Below, in pieces: positions 29,350-38,384 of a DNA stretch of 64,000 bases. The notes beneath the pieces were generated by a model. It was not told the origin of the DNA. It saw only the letters and a list, made by a program, of their open reading frames with translations, and searched no databases. The stretch is from positions 323,143 through 387,142 of the forward strand of contig OZ244825.1 in the NCBI GenBank assembly GCA_965220385.1, in the 5' to 3' direction. The DNA comes from Candidatus Poribacteria bacterium (GTDB lineage Bacteria; Poribacteria; WGA-4E; PCPOR2b). The translations under genes were made by a program, and so were the position numbers. Position 1 is the stretch's first letter, and the number at the start of each line of letters is the position of its first letter.

Positions 29350-31101
29350 CTAAGCCGCGCGAGCCTGAGCCGCTGCCACAGCCTCCACAAGTCGAAATTG
29401 CTTCGCAGCGCGTCCTCCTTCTGGCACCCCTAACGGCAAGCGAACATTCAGGAGAAATGGACGGTTTTCCCCTTCAACCACGTTTAGTCCATGATCAATC
29501 GCCGCAGCAAGCCGAGACTCATCTTGGACGTGCATACCGTCCACACCGAATCCGTCTGCGAGTTTCACCGGATCGATACCGTCCAGAACGACGCCAGCAT
29601 ATTCTCCAGTCTCCTTCATCACCCCATTTGCGCGTCCAAAGGATGAGGCGACAACACCATAGGATTGGTTGTTGGAAATAACATAGAGCACCGGTACGCC
29701 GTGATGTGCTGCGGTCCAAAGCCCCGAATCCGCGTAGAACATTGAGCCGTCACCGACCAACCCGACAACCGGCTTGTCGGGTGCAGCGAGTTTCAAACCG
29801 ACCGCTCCACCAATACCGTAGCCCTCAGAACCACCAGCAGCCCGAATATACGTGTTTTTACCACCGCCATCTGATCCGCCTATGGTGTCCAACGGAACCA
29901 CATATTGCTCAATCATAACTAACCCACCGCCACGGCGTTCCAAGGCTTTGTCAAGGACATCCGCAACCAGCCAAGGTCGGACCTGGTTTGGCTGGGCTTC
30001 AGCCCGCTGTGCGTCCTTTAATCGCTGTGTGCGAAGGGCCGCCGCCCGTTCCTGTGCCAAAGCGCGTCGCTCGGCAAACTGTTTCGGACTGGAATGGCTC
30101 GAAGCCAATTCTGCGAGCCGCTCAAACGTTCTACATTCATCCGCAAGAATCGCTGTGTCTAAGTTCGGGATATTTTTTACATGCTCGATATCCGGCCCAA
30201 TAGCTATAATCTGCGGCGCTTTGGAAAATGTGCCGAAATCCCCCGGCTTCCCGCCGCCGCCGTGCCGCATACCGATACAGACAATCAGGTCAGGCTGAAG
30301 CGTGCTTGCTGCTTGATCCATCCGTCCACAATTGAGTTTATGTGTTGTTGAGATGCCCCGTCCCCAACTCCCGACAAAAGGAACGCCAAAATGTTCAGCA
30401 ATAGCGGTAACCTGTGCTTCTGCGCCGCTCTTCCAAGCACCGTCCCCAATATAAAACAGAGGAGATTTCGCATCCCGTAACGCAGATTCGATCTTCTCGA
30501 CATCGCTGTCTGATGGATAACCCGCATGGAGGTCCGGCAGTTCACCATCGATTATGGTGGTGGATATCTCTTCAGGACCAAGTACGCGATCATAAACAGC
30601 GAGATGGACCGGCCCCACCGGTGGCGTTTTAGCGACCAGTAACGCGCGGTGAATCGCTTGCGGAAGTCCTTCCGGCTCAATCACAGTCCAGTTCTGTTTT
30701 GTGAACGGCGCAGCGATTGAAGTAGGCCCGAAGTCATGACTCAGATCAAGCCCGATCCGATCAGCGTAGCTGCCGGTGTCACCCGCAAACGTGATAACCA
30801 CGACGGGCAGACTACCCGCCCAAACGTTGATGAGCTGCCCCAAGCACTGGGCAAGCCCCGCACCGAGATGGACCAGCATGACCCCCGGATCGAGGTTTGC
30901 CTGCGTATAACCGCCCGCTTGTGCCGCAACGCTACCCTCATGGAGTGCCAAGATGCCGTGTATATCTGGGTGCACATGCAGCGCATCAAAAAAACGCGCC
31001 TCGCGTGAGCCTGAGTTATTGAACACATATTTCACACCCGACGCCGCAAGTTGCTCAACCATAACCTGAGACGGATTCGCCGTAATCGGCCTCATCTGCA
31101 T
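29350..31101 (-). CDS. Thiamine-pyrophosphate-dependent enzyme (acetolactate synthase-like), second paralogue
   Basis: N-terminal TPP domain (VFNNSGSREARFFDAL...ALHEGSVAAQAGGY). C-terminal GLVGDGSMFYADSGLWTAAHHGVPVLYVISNNQSYG TPP/Mg motif. Confidence 0.85.
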   Translation of the reverse strand: MQMRPITANPSQVMVEQLAASGVKYVFNNSGSREARFFDALHVHPDIHGILALHEGSVAAQAGGYTQANLDPGVMLVHLGAGLAQCLGQLINVWAGSLPVVVITFAGDTGSYADRIGLDLSHDFGPTSIAAPFTKQNWTVIEPEGLPQAIHRALLVAKTPPVGPVHLAVYDRVLGPEEISTTIIDGELPDLHAGYPSDSDVEKIESALRDAKSPLFYIGDGAWKSGAEAQVTAIAEHFGVPFVGSWGRGISTTHKLNCGRMDQAASTLQPDLIVCIGMRHGGGGKPGDFGTFSKAPQIIAIGPDIEHVKNIPNLDTAILADECRTFERLAELASSHSSPKQFAERRALAQERAAALRTQRLKDAQRAEAQPNQVRPWLVADVLDKALERRGGGLVMIEQYVVPLDTIGGSDGGGKNTYIRAAGGSEGYGIGGAVGLKLAAPDKPVVGLVGDGSMFYADSGLWTAAHHGVPVLYVISNNQSYGVVASSFGRANGVMKETGEYAGVVLDGIDPVKLADGFGVDGMHVQDESRLAAAIDHGLNVVEGENRPFLLNVRLPLGVPEGGRAAKQFRLVEAVAAAQARAA

Positions 31102-31230
31102 AAAATATTACCTCGCTTTCTTTGTCTATTTGAAACATGAAACATGATGCGTAAAAGTAGTCCAGAAATTCATATTTTGATTAACCAATCACACAACGAA
31201 ACAACCTGAGTTTCATTGGTTAAGTTGGCA

Positions 31231-32682
31231 CTATTTATCCTTTTTCCATACATAGACACACTTTCTCAACGCTTCCCGTCCGTGCCTACCCATCTGTTGG
31301 GAGCTATTCCCTTTACCTTGAGGCAGGACAAGGATTGTTTCTATCTGAAATCCAATGTCTTCAGCTATTTTTGAGAGGATTGTATCTACAGATATTGCAG
31401 CACCCGCATACCTAACATTGTCATTAACCATGAACATCATACCGTCTTTATCCAATACCCGGTAACATTCTTGGATAACACAAGCCATCTCATAAAAATA
31501 ACCCCTTACCATACGAGCAATTCCACTGTTATTGAGTTCTTTTTTATTCTTTTTGTAATCCAAGTAGTTCAATATCCCTTGCAGTAGAGGTAAGTCATCA
31601 CAAATGCCTATAGCCGTTTGCCATGCGGGGTTTAAGTCAATGAGCGCTTTTGCTCTGTTTTCTACCGTGCAACTTAACATCGCTTGCCGCAAGTTAGCTA
31701 ATCCAATTTCACTGACGCCAAGCAGCGCGTGTTCTAAAGCATAAGTGCGTGTATAATCATAACGATTGCAGTAGGGCGGTGACGTAATTATTCCAGAATA
31801 AGTCCGGCGTCCCAATTTCGGTAACACCTCTAAACATGAGCCTTTTAATAAATTCACATCGCCTGTCCGTATATCCTCCTGCATAGATGAAAATAGATCG
31901 CCTTCACCATCCCCAAGGTTCATATCATCTTTTATCTCGTTTAGTTTTTCTACAATGGCTTCATCAAATGACAAAATCTGCCCTTTGTCGAAAGGGTTCT
32001 TACCATTTCTACGTCCAGATCGGTAATCCCATCGGAGATACTGCCCATCTTTCCTTGTATAGCTTATCGATTCCAGAACACACAGCAGGGCAAACAGTAA
32101 TACCTCTTTTGTTTCTGGAGGTTCCCCTTCTAACTCGTTTAGGTATCTTCCGATTTTGTGGTGCGTTTTTTCAGGATACGCCCCATCGGTTATACGAAGC
32201 ACCTCAAAACCTTTGATTTCACCGTCGGCGTTCCAAGGTTTTTGAAGTAACCAGCTGTCCAATCCAGAAACAATGCTTTGTTTATTCGCACCCCTAGCGA
32301 GCATATTTGCCTGTATGATTTTTTGCCCAATTGGTAAGAGTTCAATTCCTTCAGTATGATACCCTAAAGAAGAACAGACAAATAAAGCAGTTCCCGCACC
32401 CGCAAACGGATCGAGTATTTTCCCCTTCATTACCTTGTACTTATGGAAAAGATACTCCACCAAATCCGCAGAGAAAGCCTCTTTGTATTTGTACCATCTA
32501 TAGTATGTACGGGTTTTATTCGCTTGGAAACTGACCAGTTTTCTGGTTAAAGCGTTATCAACGACAAGTGTATTGGGAAAATACTCGATTAAGGATTTAT
32601 CGAGTTCCTCTATTTGTTCCAAAAGCATATCGCCTTGGGTATGTTCGGATCCCTTAATCTCTTGGGCGGCATCAGCAGGCAT
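31231..32682 (-). CDS. DNA N6-adenine/N4-cytosine methyltransferase (motif I before motif IV, alpha-like order). Solitary: no adjacent endonuclease.
   Basis: Motif I ILDPFAGAGTALFV. Motif IV GIITSPPYCNRYDY about 200 aa downstream. Confidence 0.7.
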   Translation of the reverse strand: MPADAAQEIKGSEHTQGDMLLEQIEELDKSLIEYFPNTLVVDNALTRKLVSFQANKTRTYYRWYKYKEAFSADLVEYLFHKYKVMKGKILDPFAGAGTALFVCSSLGYHTEGIELLPIGQKIIQANMLARGANKQSIVSGLDSWLLQKPWNADGEIKGFEVLRITDGAYPEKTHHKIGRYLNELEGEPPETKEVLLFALLCVLESISYTRKDGQYLRWDYRSGRRNGKNPFDKGQILSFDEAIVEKLNEIKDDMNLGDGEGDLFSSMQEDIRTGDVNLLKGSCLEVLPKLGRRTYSGIITSPPYCNRYDYTRTYALEHALLGVSEIGLANLRQAMLSCTVENRAKALIDLNPAWQTAIGICDDLPLLQGILNYLDYKKNKKELNNSGIARMVRGYFYEMACVIQECYRVLDKDGMMFMVNDNVRYAGAAISVDTILSKIAEDIGFQIETILVLPQGKGNSSQQMGRHGREALRKCVYVWKKDK

Positions 32683-32699
32683 TCTTCAAATATTTCCTC

Positions 32700-33788
32700 T
32701 TAATATACTCCCACCACCACGGACTCCTGAAGTTCCGAGAGCAGCCGCAGATTCTCAACGCCGTCCCACGGATATTGCTCAATAGGTTGCGCCCGTTCCG
32801 CTTCATCTCTTTCGAGAAAACGTGGCATGAAAAACTCATGTGTCAATGTCGTCAGCATCACGCGCCCCGTTTCACCGTAGCCTACAGTTTCTTCTGGATT
32901 GTCGGGATTGACCAATTCAATGACAGCGCGGGGTTGCGGCGGATAGTAGATTATCGCGTAATCATCCGCGGGGTCAAAAGGCTTGCAGCACGCCAAACCC
33001 ATAAGCGTGTTTCCATACGTCGGCATAAACTCAACGCCCGGCACCAACTCCTCGCGGGCAAAGCGGTGGAATTGGGCATCCATCTCCGTTCCACCGCAAA
33101 AGATGCCCTTTATGCCAGCCTTTGGCAGGGAGATCTTTTCGGACAATGCTTCAAGCAGCTTCGGTGTTGTGAATAGACACTGGATATTGTCGTGGGCACG
33201 CAGAATATTCAACGCTTGATCAATAACGTGATTTTTATAGAGATCCAACTCCTGATGTTTTCCGTACTGAATCAGCTTGTTCACCCACCGTGGATCAAGG
33301 TCAACGAGGAAACAGATGCCGCCGCGATGTTGGGCGAGATATTCAACAGCGAGACGGAGCCGTCGTGGACCTGTGGGACCGAGCATCAACCAATCGCTAC
33401 CGGGCGGGAAGCTCTCATCGGGCAAAGTTTGGCTGAACATCTCATAATCGATCTGGAAATCGCGAATGCTGATGCGGGTCTTTGGAACACCGGTGGAACC
33501 ACCTGTCTCGAACACATACACAGGTTGGTCTGCGTAACCTTTGGGCACCCACCGCCGCACCGGTCCGCCGCGCAACCATTCATCCTGAAAATGTCCAATA
33601 AGTTTTAAGTCGTCGTAGCTTCCTATCTTCTCGCGGGGATCAAAATCGAGCGTCTCTGCGAATTCCAACCAAAACGGGGCCCCGGTCTCTGGACTGAAAT
33701 GCCACTGAACAATTTCACGCACGTGGGCATCAAGCCGATCCCGTGCTTCTTCCGCCTTTTTAGATAATGATTGATTCAAAATCTCCAT
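32700..33788 (-). CDS. Adenylate-forming enzyme, phenylacetate-CoA ligase-like (COG1541/CapK-like)
   Basis: P-loop-like FETGGSTGVPK (cf. TSGTTGKPK) early in the protein. About 360 aa, similar to PaaK/F390-synthetase-type ligases. Confidence 0.45.
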   Translation of the reverse strand: MEILNQSLSKKAEEARDRLDAHVREIVQWHFSPETGAPFWLEFAETLDFDPREKIGSYDDLKLIGHFQDEWLRGGPVRRWVPKGYADQPVYVFETGGSTGVPKTRISIRDFQIDYEMFSQTLPDESFPPGSDWLMLGPTGPRRLRLAVEYLAQHRGGICFLVDLDPRWVNKLIQYGKHQELDLYKNHVIDQALNILRAHDNIQCLFTTPKLLEALSEKISLPKAGIKGIFCGGTEMDAQFHRFAREELVPGVEFMPTYGNTLMGLACCKPFDPADDYAIIYYPPQPRAVIELVNPDNPEETVGYGETGRVMLTTLTHEFFMPRFLERDEAERAQPIEQYPWDGVENLRLLSELQESVVVGVY

Positions 33789-33813
33789 AAATGTGTCCTA
33801 TATGATGGGAGGT

Positions 33814-34689
33814 TTAATCCGCTAACTTCCAGCCGATATCGATACTTGGGTAATCCTCAACGTAACGCTGTAACTTCGGAGGGAGTCCTTCCATGAACCG
33901 GTGCGCGGATTCAGGTAATTCCCACGGAATTGAGAGCTTTTCTTGAGTCGGACGGAAAATAAAGCCGCATGAGAGACGGGGTTCATCGCCGCCGTGTGGA
34001 AAAGCACCGTGATACGTCCGCGCCGCAAAGATGATGAGATCGCCCGGCTCTGTGAAAAGTGGAACTGTGCCCGGCATATCCATCCGATCATACGGTTTCG
34101 GTTCTTCGCCCGTTCGGTGAAATGAGCGTTGGTCCGGCGTGAATTCAAACCCTTCAGGCGGTTGCCAGTCTGCCCGATGAGAGTCCTCGATCACTGCAAG
34201 GCCCGCTCGGCTCGGATGGGTGCCGTTGAGATAGAACCACATACCGTTGGGCCAATCGCCGCGATTCAGCACGTCGCCGGAGTGTTTTGGCGGCGGTTCA
34301 GAAAAGCCACACCAGTCGGTATGCCACAGCACCGGACCCGATTCAACATTCTTCAGGATTGCAGCGGATCGATGGACGGTGAGCGCGTCTGTCCCAAAAA
34401 CAGATCGATTGATATTCAGATAATCTTCATTCTCAAGCAGTTTCCAAAGGGGCTTTGAGTATTCAATGAAAGCGTGTTTGACACGCGTTTCCCCAAGTCC
34501 CAAGTCACCCTCCGGATCGAGAACTTGGCTGACCGATTCCTTCAATTCCTCCACATAATCCAGCGACAATACCCCCTTTACAACGGCAAAACCGTGTGCA
34601 TCATGACACGCCTTAATCGCTGAGAGTTCGTCTGCCGTAAATTCATATCGATACGGTAAGTCGACAGGTTGAAAGTTATCTTTGGACAT
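33814..34689 (-). CDS. Phytanoyl-CoA dioxygenase (PhyH)-family Fe(II)/2OG oxygenase
   Basis: HTDW (HxD) facial-triad context. Distal His in YHGAFPHGG. About 290 aa. Confidence 0.5.
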   Translation of the reverse strand: MSKDNFQPVDLPYRYEFTADELSAIKACHDAHGFAVVKGVLSLDYVEELKESVSQVLDPEGDLGLGETRVKHAFIEYSKPLWKLLENEDYLNINRSVFGTDALTVHRSAAILKNVESGPVLWHTDWCGFSEPPPKHSGDVLNRGDWPNGMWFYLNGTHPSRAGLAVIEDSHRADWQPPEGFEFTPDQRSFHRTGEEPKPYDRMDMPGTVPLFTEPGDLIIFAARTYHGAFPHGGDEPRLSCGFIFRPTQEKLSIPWELPESAHRFMEGLPPKLQRYVEDYPSIDIGWKLAD

Positions 34690-34703
34690 TGGTTACTCCT
34701 CCA

Positions 34704-36146
34704 TTACTCCATAGCAATCGCAAAGAGCGTATTCCGACTCACGATATACAGCACACCGTCTTTTGCTACCGGGGTGGTATAAACGGCGCTCCCCATGTTG
34801 GTCTCAAAAATAAGCTCTTTCTCTTTGCCCGCTTTTAAGATGGCGAGATCTCCGTCCTCGTCTCCGATGTATACTTTCCCATCCGCCACGAATGTCGATC
34901 CCCAAATCGCAGCAAATGTGTCATACGTCCAATGATGTTCACCCGTATTCGCATCAAGGCAGTAGACGAAACCGCTCAGGTCTGCTATGTAGAGCAAGTC
35001 ATCCTCGATTGCTGCGGTAGACATTGTGCGATGGAAATTCTCGTCGCCCCGATGCCAGACCGCACCCGTCTCAGTGATGTCCCCTTCACCCGTTGCATCG
35101 ATCACCCAGAGGTGTCCAACGCCCTCACCGTGTTCTGGATCCTGTCCCACGCTGATATAAACCTTATCCTCCCAGATGACAGGGGTCGAAATGATGTTAT
35201 TGCGTGTCCCTCTCCCACCCAATTCCCACACTGAATCTTTGGGATTGCAGTCGAACTTCCAGATCAATTTCCCGGTCTCAGGCTCGAGGGAATAGATCCA
35301 ACCGTCGCCACCGGGAAAGATAGCTTGGGGTATGCCGTTGATTACCCCGTAGGCGGGGTTAGACCATTGACCGTGTAAGATGTTTTCGGCAGGAGAGGCA
35401 TCTTCCCAAACCAGTTCGCCGGTCGTCTTATTGAGCGCGATAAAGCTCGGCGCAAAAGGGGAAGGAATGTGCACATGTCCTTCATCAACGCCATTGCTCG
35501 TTTCTACAAAGAGCAAATCGCCTACACCAATCGGGGAACAGGTGGCGAGATTGTGCGGAAAAACCTCCAACTCCTCGATCATATCGTACTTCCAGATAAT
35601 GTCCCCATCAATTTCGCTGGTATCAGTTTCCTCCGTGAAAGGACCATCATTTTCACCGTCCATGAAGCCTTCGGTATCAACGCAGACAACTTCAGCGCGA
35701 TTGGAAACATAGTAGAGTCGATCGTCTTCGATGAAAGGTGTCGAACAGATACCCTGTTGGGGCCAATCGTTGACGCGTCCGGCAGGGAGTTTGGTGTGTG
35801 TGGATTGCCAGAGAAATTCTCCATCCGATTCACGGAATGCCATGATGACGCCACGATCGCCGGTAAGTTTCGGATTTCGTCTGCCTTGGTTGTTTGTCCC
35901 GACAAACACCTTGCCACCGATGAGGATAGGACCCGCATAAGTCTGAGAGCCTAAGGTCGCCGTCCATTTGATGTTTAGTCCAGTTTTCGCGTCCCATTTT
36001 ACCGGCAGATTCTTCTCATCGGAAACAAGGTTACGCGATGGTGTAAAGCCCCACATCGCCGTCTCAGCGAAGGCGGGTGTTCCCGATACTATTAGCACTG
36101 TTAAGAGAATGATAGCACCCGTTCCTATAATCTGTTGATATTTCAT
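34704..36146 (-). CDS. PQQ-repeat beta-propeller protein with signal peptide
   Basis: Signal peptide MKYQQIIGTGAIILLTVLIVSGTPAFA. Multiple W-containing propeller blades (DGEFLWQSTH, GDIIWKYDM, GELVWEDAS, GKLIWKFD, GEHHWTYD). Confidence 0.7.
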   Translation of the reverse strand: MKYQQIIGTGAIILLTVLIVSGTPAFAETAMWGFTPSRNLVSDEKNLPVKWDAKTGLNIKWTATLGSQTYAGPILIGGKVFVGTNNQGRRNPKLTGDRGVIMAFRESDGEFLWQSTHTKLPAGRVNDWPQQGICSTPFIEDDRLYYVSNRAEVVCVDTEGFMDGENDGPFTEETDTSEIDGDIIWKYDMIEELEVFPHNLATCSPIGVGDLLFVETSNGVDEGHVHIPSPFAPSFIALNKTTGELVWEDASPAENILHGQWSNPAYGVINGIPQAIFPGGDGWIYSLEPETGKLIWKFDCNPKDSVWELGGRGTRNNIISTPVIWEDKVYISVGQDPEHGEGVGHLWVIDATGEGDITETGAVWHRGDENFHRTMSTAAIEDDLLYIADLSGFVYCLDANTGEHHWTYDTFAAIWGSTFVADGKVYIGDEDGDLAILKAGKEKELIFETNMGSAVYTTPVAKDGVLYIVSRNTLFAIAME

Positions 36147-36233
36147 TTCGCTCCTCTATAGTTGTGAGTAATTGCTAGGGCATGTTGACATTTATGTGAG
36201 ATGTGTCCTCCATTTGCCGATAAGTCCCGAATC

Positions 36234-36322
36234 GTAGGGGCGAGGTTCCCTCGCCCAACGGGTTGGACAACCCCGCCCCTACAGGAATTAACCCAATGTA
36301 GGGGCAACCCTTGTGGTTGCCC
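36234..36322. repeat. Cluster of REP-like elements: a family B copy, a GTAGGGGCG...CGCCCCTAC hairpin and a family C copy (GTAGGGGCAACCCTTGTGGTTGCCC), downstream of the DUF4276/ATPase pair
   Basis: Three consecutive GTAG-headed palindromes within 90 bp. Family C copies also occur at 7720-7745 and 47431-47455. Confidence 0.7.
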
Positions 36323-36408
36323 AAAGTCATGTTGCTTTGAATCCCGATCTTATTGGGGGTATCAATATTGACTCAATTTTCAAACGTCAACAGAACCCTA
36401 ACCGTAAA

Positions 36409-37182
36409 TTAAAAATTGTCTAACTGCGTTCGTGTGATTTCACTCAGTTTTCCGTCGTGAAGTCTGTATTTGTCATAGAGATCTGTACAATCGTGATCAG
36501 AATATGTTTCCAACACCTTTACACACCAAGCAAACAGGGTTCTGAGCGAAGCGCATGTATCGGGGCGAGATAGAACATGCTCAATGCCGATTTTATCCAA
36601 AATTGCTCCACCGTGTTCAATAGTATCAAAGTTGGAATACAGTCCTTCAAGTTTATCTTTGGGATGGCGGATTTCTTCTACATCACCTTCATAATCTGAT
36701 AAACAGGTGCCCAAGACCTCGTTAATTACTTGTGCGTCGGCGAAGTAGTACGCCTCAAGCATATTCACCAGAAAATGCACGGAGGCGCGATGCTTCAAAT
36801 CGTTTAATATCGTATCAAGTGCCGTTCGATAGCGTTCAAAGACCTCTGGCGCCTCATCTTTGCGGTCATACTCCAAATCATCGATTAAGAGAACAAAGTA
36901 GTAAGGATCATTTTTCAGATACCTTCTTGCCTTGAACCCAATTACCTCGTCTCTGTCCGGCATTTTCTTGCCGTTGCGAAGTGCTTTAAGTCTTTCCTCT
37001 GAAGTAATTGGGTCGCGTTGACCGACGCGCTGAATCACTTTAAAGTTGCAAGTCCCGGTTGCCCTTAGAGATCCGAATAATTCTGGCAGATACTGTCGTT
37101 CAGTTTTGCCGGTAACGATTAAGACGAAATGGAAATAAGCGTATCGCGGGTAGTCGGCAGGCTGTGTATCCTGTTCGGTCAT
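36409..37182 (-). CDS. DUF4276-like protein. Downstream partner of the AAA ATPase; candidate abortive-infection/defence effector.
   Basis: N-terminal FHFVLIVTGKTERQYLPELF resembles the hhVEGxTExxFV signature of DUF4276. Start overlaps the ATPase stop by 4 nt. Confidence 0.5.
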   Translation of the reverse strand: MTEQDTQPADYPRYAYFHFVLIVTGKTERQYLPELFGSLRATGTCNFKVIQRVGQRDPITSEERLKALRNGKKMPDRDEVIGFKARRYLKNDPYYFVLLIDDLEYDRKDEAPEVFERYRTALDTILNDLKHRASVHFLVNMLEAYYFADAQVINEVLGTCLSDYEGDVEEIRHPKDKLEGLYSNFDTIEHGGAILDKIGIEHVLSRPDTCASLRTLFAWCVKVLETYSDHDCTDLYDKYRLHDGKLSEITRTQLDNF

Positions 37183-38375
37183 TCGCCCTCCTCTTGAATT
37201 TCAGGTTTACTTTGGGGGGCAATGGCTTCAGCCATGTAGAGGGACCCTGTATCGTAGCTTTCCAACAAATCTTTAATATCTTCCATCTCACTGACTCGTG
37301 TCAAAACAGTCTGACCGGATTCATCCAGTCCTGTTGCCAAAATATCTTCTGGCTCAAACTGCCCAATCAAAACCGGGGAGTGTGTCGCGATGAAAACCTG
37401 TTTATTCCATTCCTTTGTGGCTAGCTTGACCGCTTCCGCAAACACAGAGATAGCGTAAGGGTGAAGCGAAGTCTCCGGCTCATCGAACAAGATGAGCAGG
37501 CCGCTTCCTTTTTCCTTAGCAAACAGTGCAGTTAGCAGAATAAGCATTTGTAATTGCCCTTCGGATTCACTTAATACTGGAATTGGATATTGCAGATTTT
37601 TTTGCACGAAGTTGGCGTAGACTGTGTTTGGCCCAGAGCGATCAAACACCAAATCTTTGAAATTGGGGAAACTCTTTCGCATGAAATTAATGATAGTTTC
37701 ATAACGCTGATCGATTGCAATTTTACCATGAATATTCTGCAAAACTGACCATAGATTCTCACCTTTCTCGTACAACGAGATATTCGTACCTGATTCTGAG
37801 CCGCGTTGTTTGAGCCCGGATAGGTCTATATAATGAGAATGGTAAAAATGGACAGAGTTGAGCAGATCTCGTAAGTTGAAAACGTCCGGCGGAATAAGTT
37901 CCGTTCCTTGCATATACTGAATCAAAGCAAGTTTTTCTGGAAAGGTCAACCGCGTCCGCACCGGAGGATTTTCTTCATGATAACAGAAATCAGCCGTATC
38001 ACTACTTATTCTTCGAAATATTGAGGGGACTTTTCTTTCTTTAGAATACAGAACTTCCCCTGCATAGGGTTGAATTTGTCCAACTGAAAATTCTAATAGG
38101 AGTACATATAGGGAAAGGGTTGTCTCCAATGTAATTGATATGTATTCCGGGCCATCAACGTCCTGTTGCAACATACCAAAACCGTTATTTCGCGTCCTAC
38201 CAGCTTCAGCAACGTCTCGGGAAACACAATCCCTAACGAACCGCATTGCTTCCAACAAAGTTGATTTCCCTGACCCATTCGGTCCAAACAGAACATTAAT
38301 TGGGCGCAGTTCAACTGAGACATCTGCCAATGATCTGAAATTTTTGACTTGTAAACGGGTTAATAGATTTGCCAT
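37179..38375 (-). CDS. ABC-type AAA ATPase (AAA_21/AAA_15-like, OLD/AbiLi/AriA-like N-terminus)
   Basis: LQVKNFRSLADVSVELRPINVLFGPNGSGKSTLLEAM Walker A. C-terminal Walker B/D-loop LILFDEPETSLHP...IATHSP. Confidence 0.75.
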   Translation of the reverse strand: MANLLTRLQVKNFRSLADVSVELRPINVLFGPNGSGKSTLLEAMRFVRDCVSRDVAEAGRTRNNGFGMLQQDVDGPEYISITLETTLSLYVLLLEFSVGQIQPYAGEVLYSKERKVPSIFRRISSDTADFCYHEENPPVRTRLTFPEKLALIQYMQGTELIPPDVFNLRDLLNSVHFYHSHYIDLSGLKQRGSESGTNISLYEKGENLWSVLQNIHGKIAIDQRYETIINFMRKSFPNFKDLVFDRSGPNTVYANFVQKNLQYPIPVLSESEGQLQMLILLTALFAKEKGSGLLILFDEPETSLHPYAISVFAEAVKLATKEWNKQVFIATHSPVLIGQFEPEDILATGLDESGQTVLTRVSEMEDIKDLLESYDTGSLYMAEAIAPQSKPEIQEEGE

Positions 38376-38384
38376 GACATCTCC

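Noticed and set aside
29350-31101. Calling the second TPP enzyme a specific product (sulfoacetaldehyde acetyltransferase or acetolactate synthase)
   Set aside because: Family-level motifs only. Neighbouring ALDH and PaaK-like ligase suggest aromatic or organosulfonate catabolism, but this cannot be decided from sequence reading alone.
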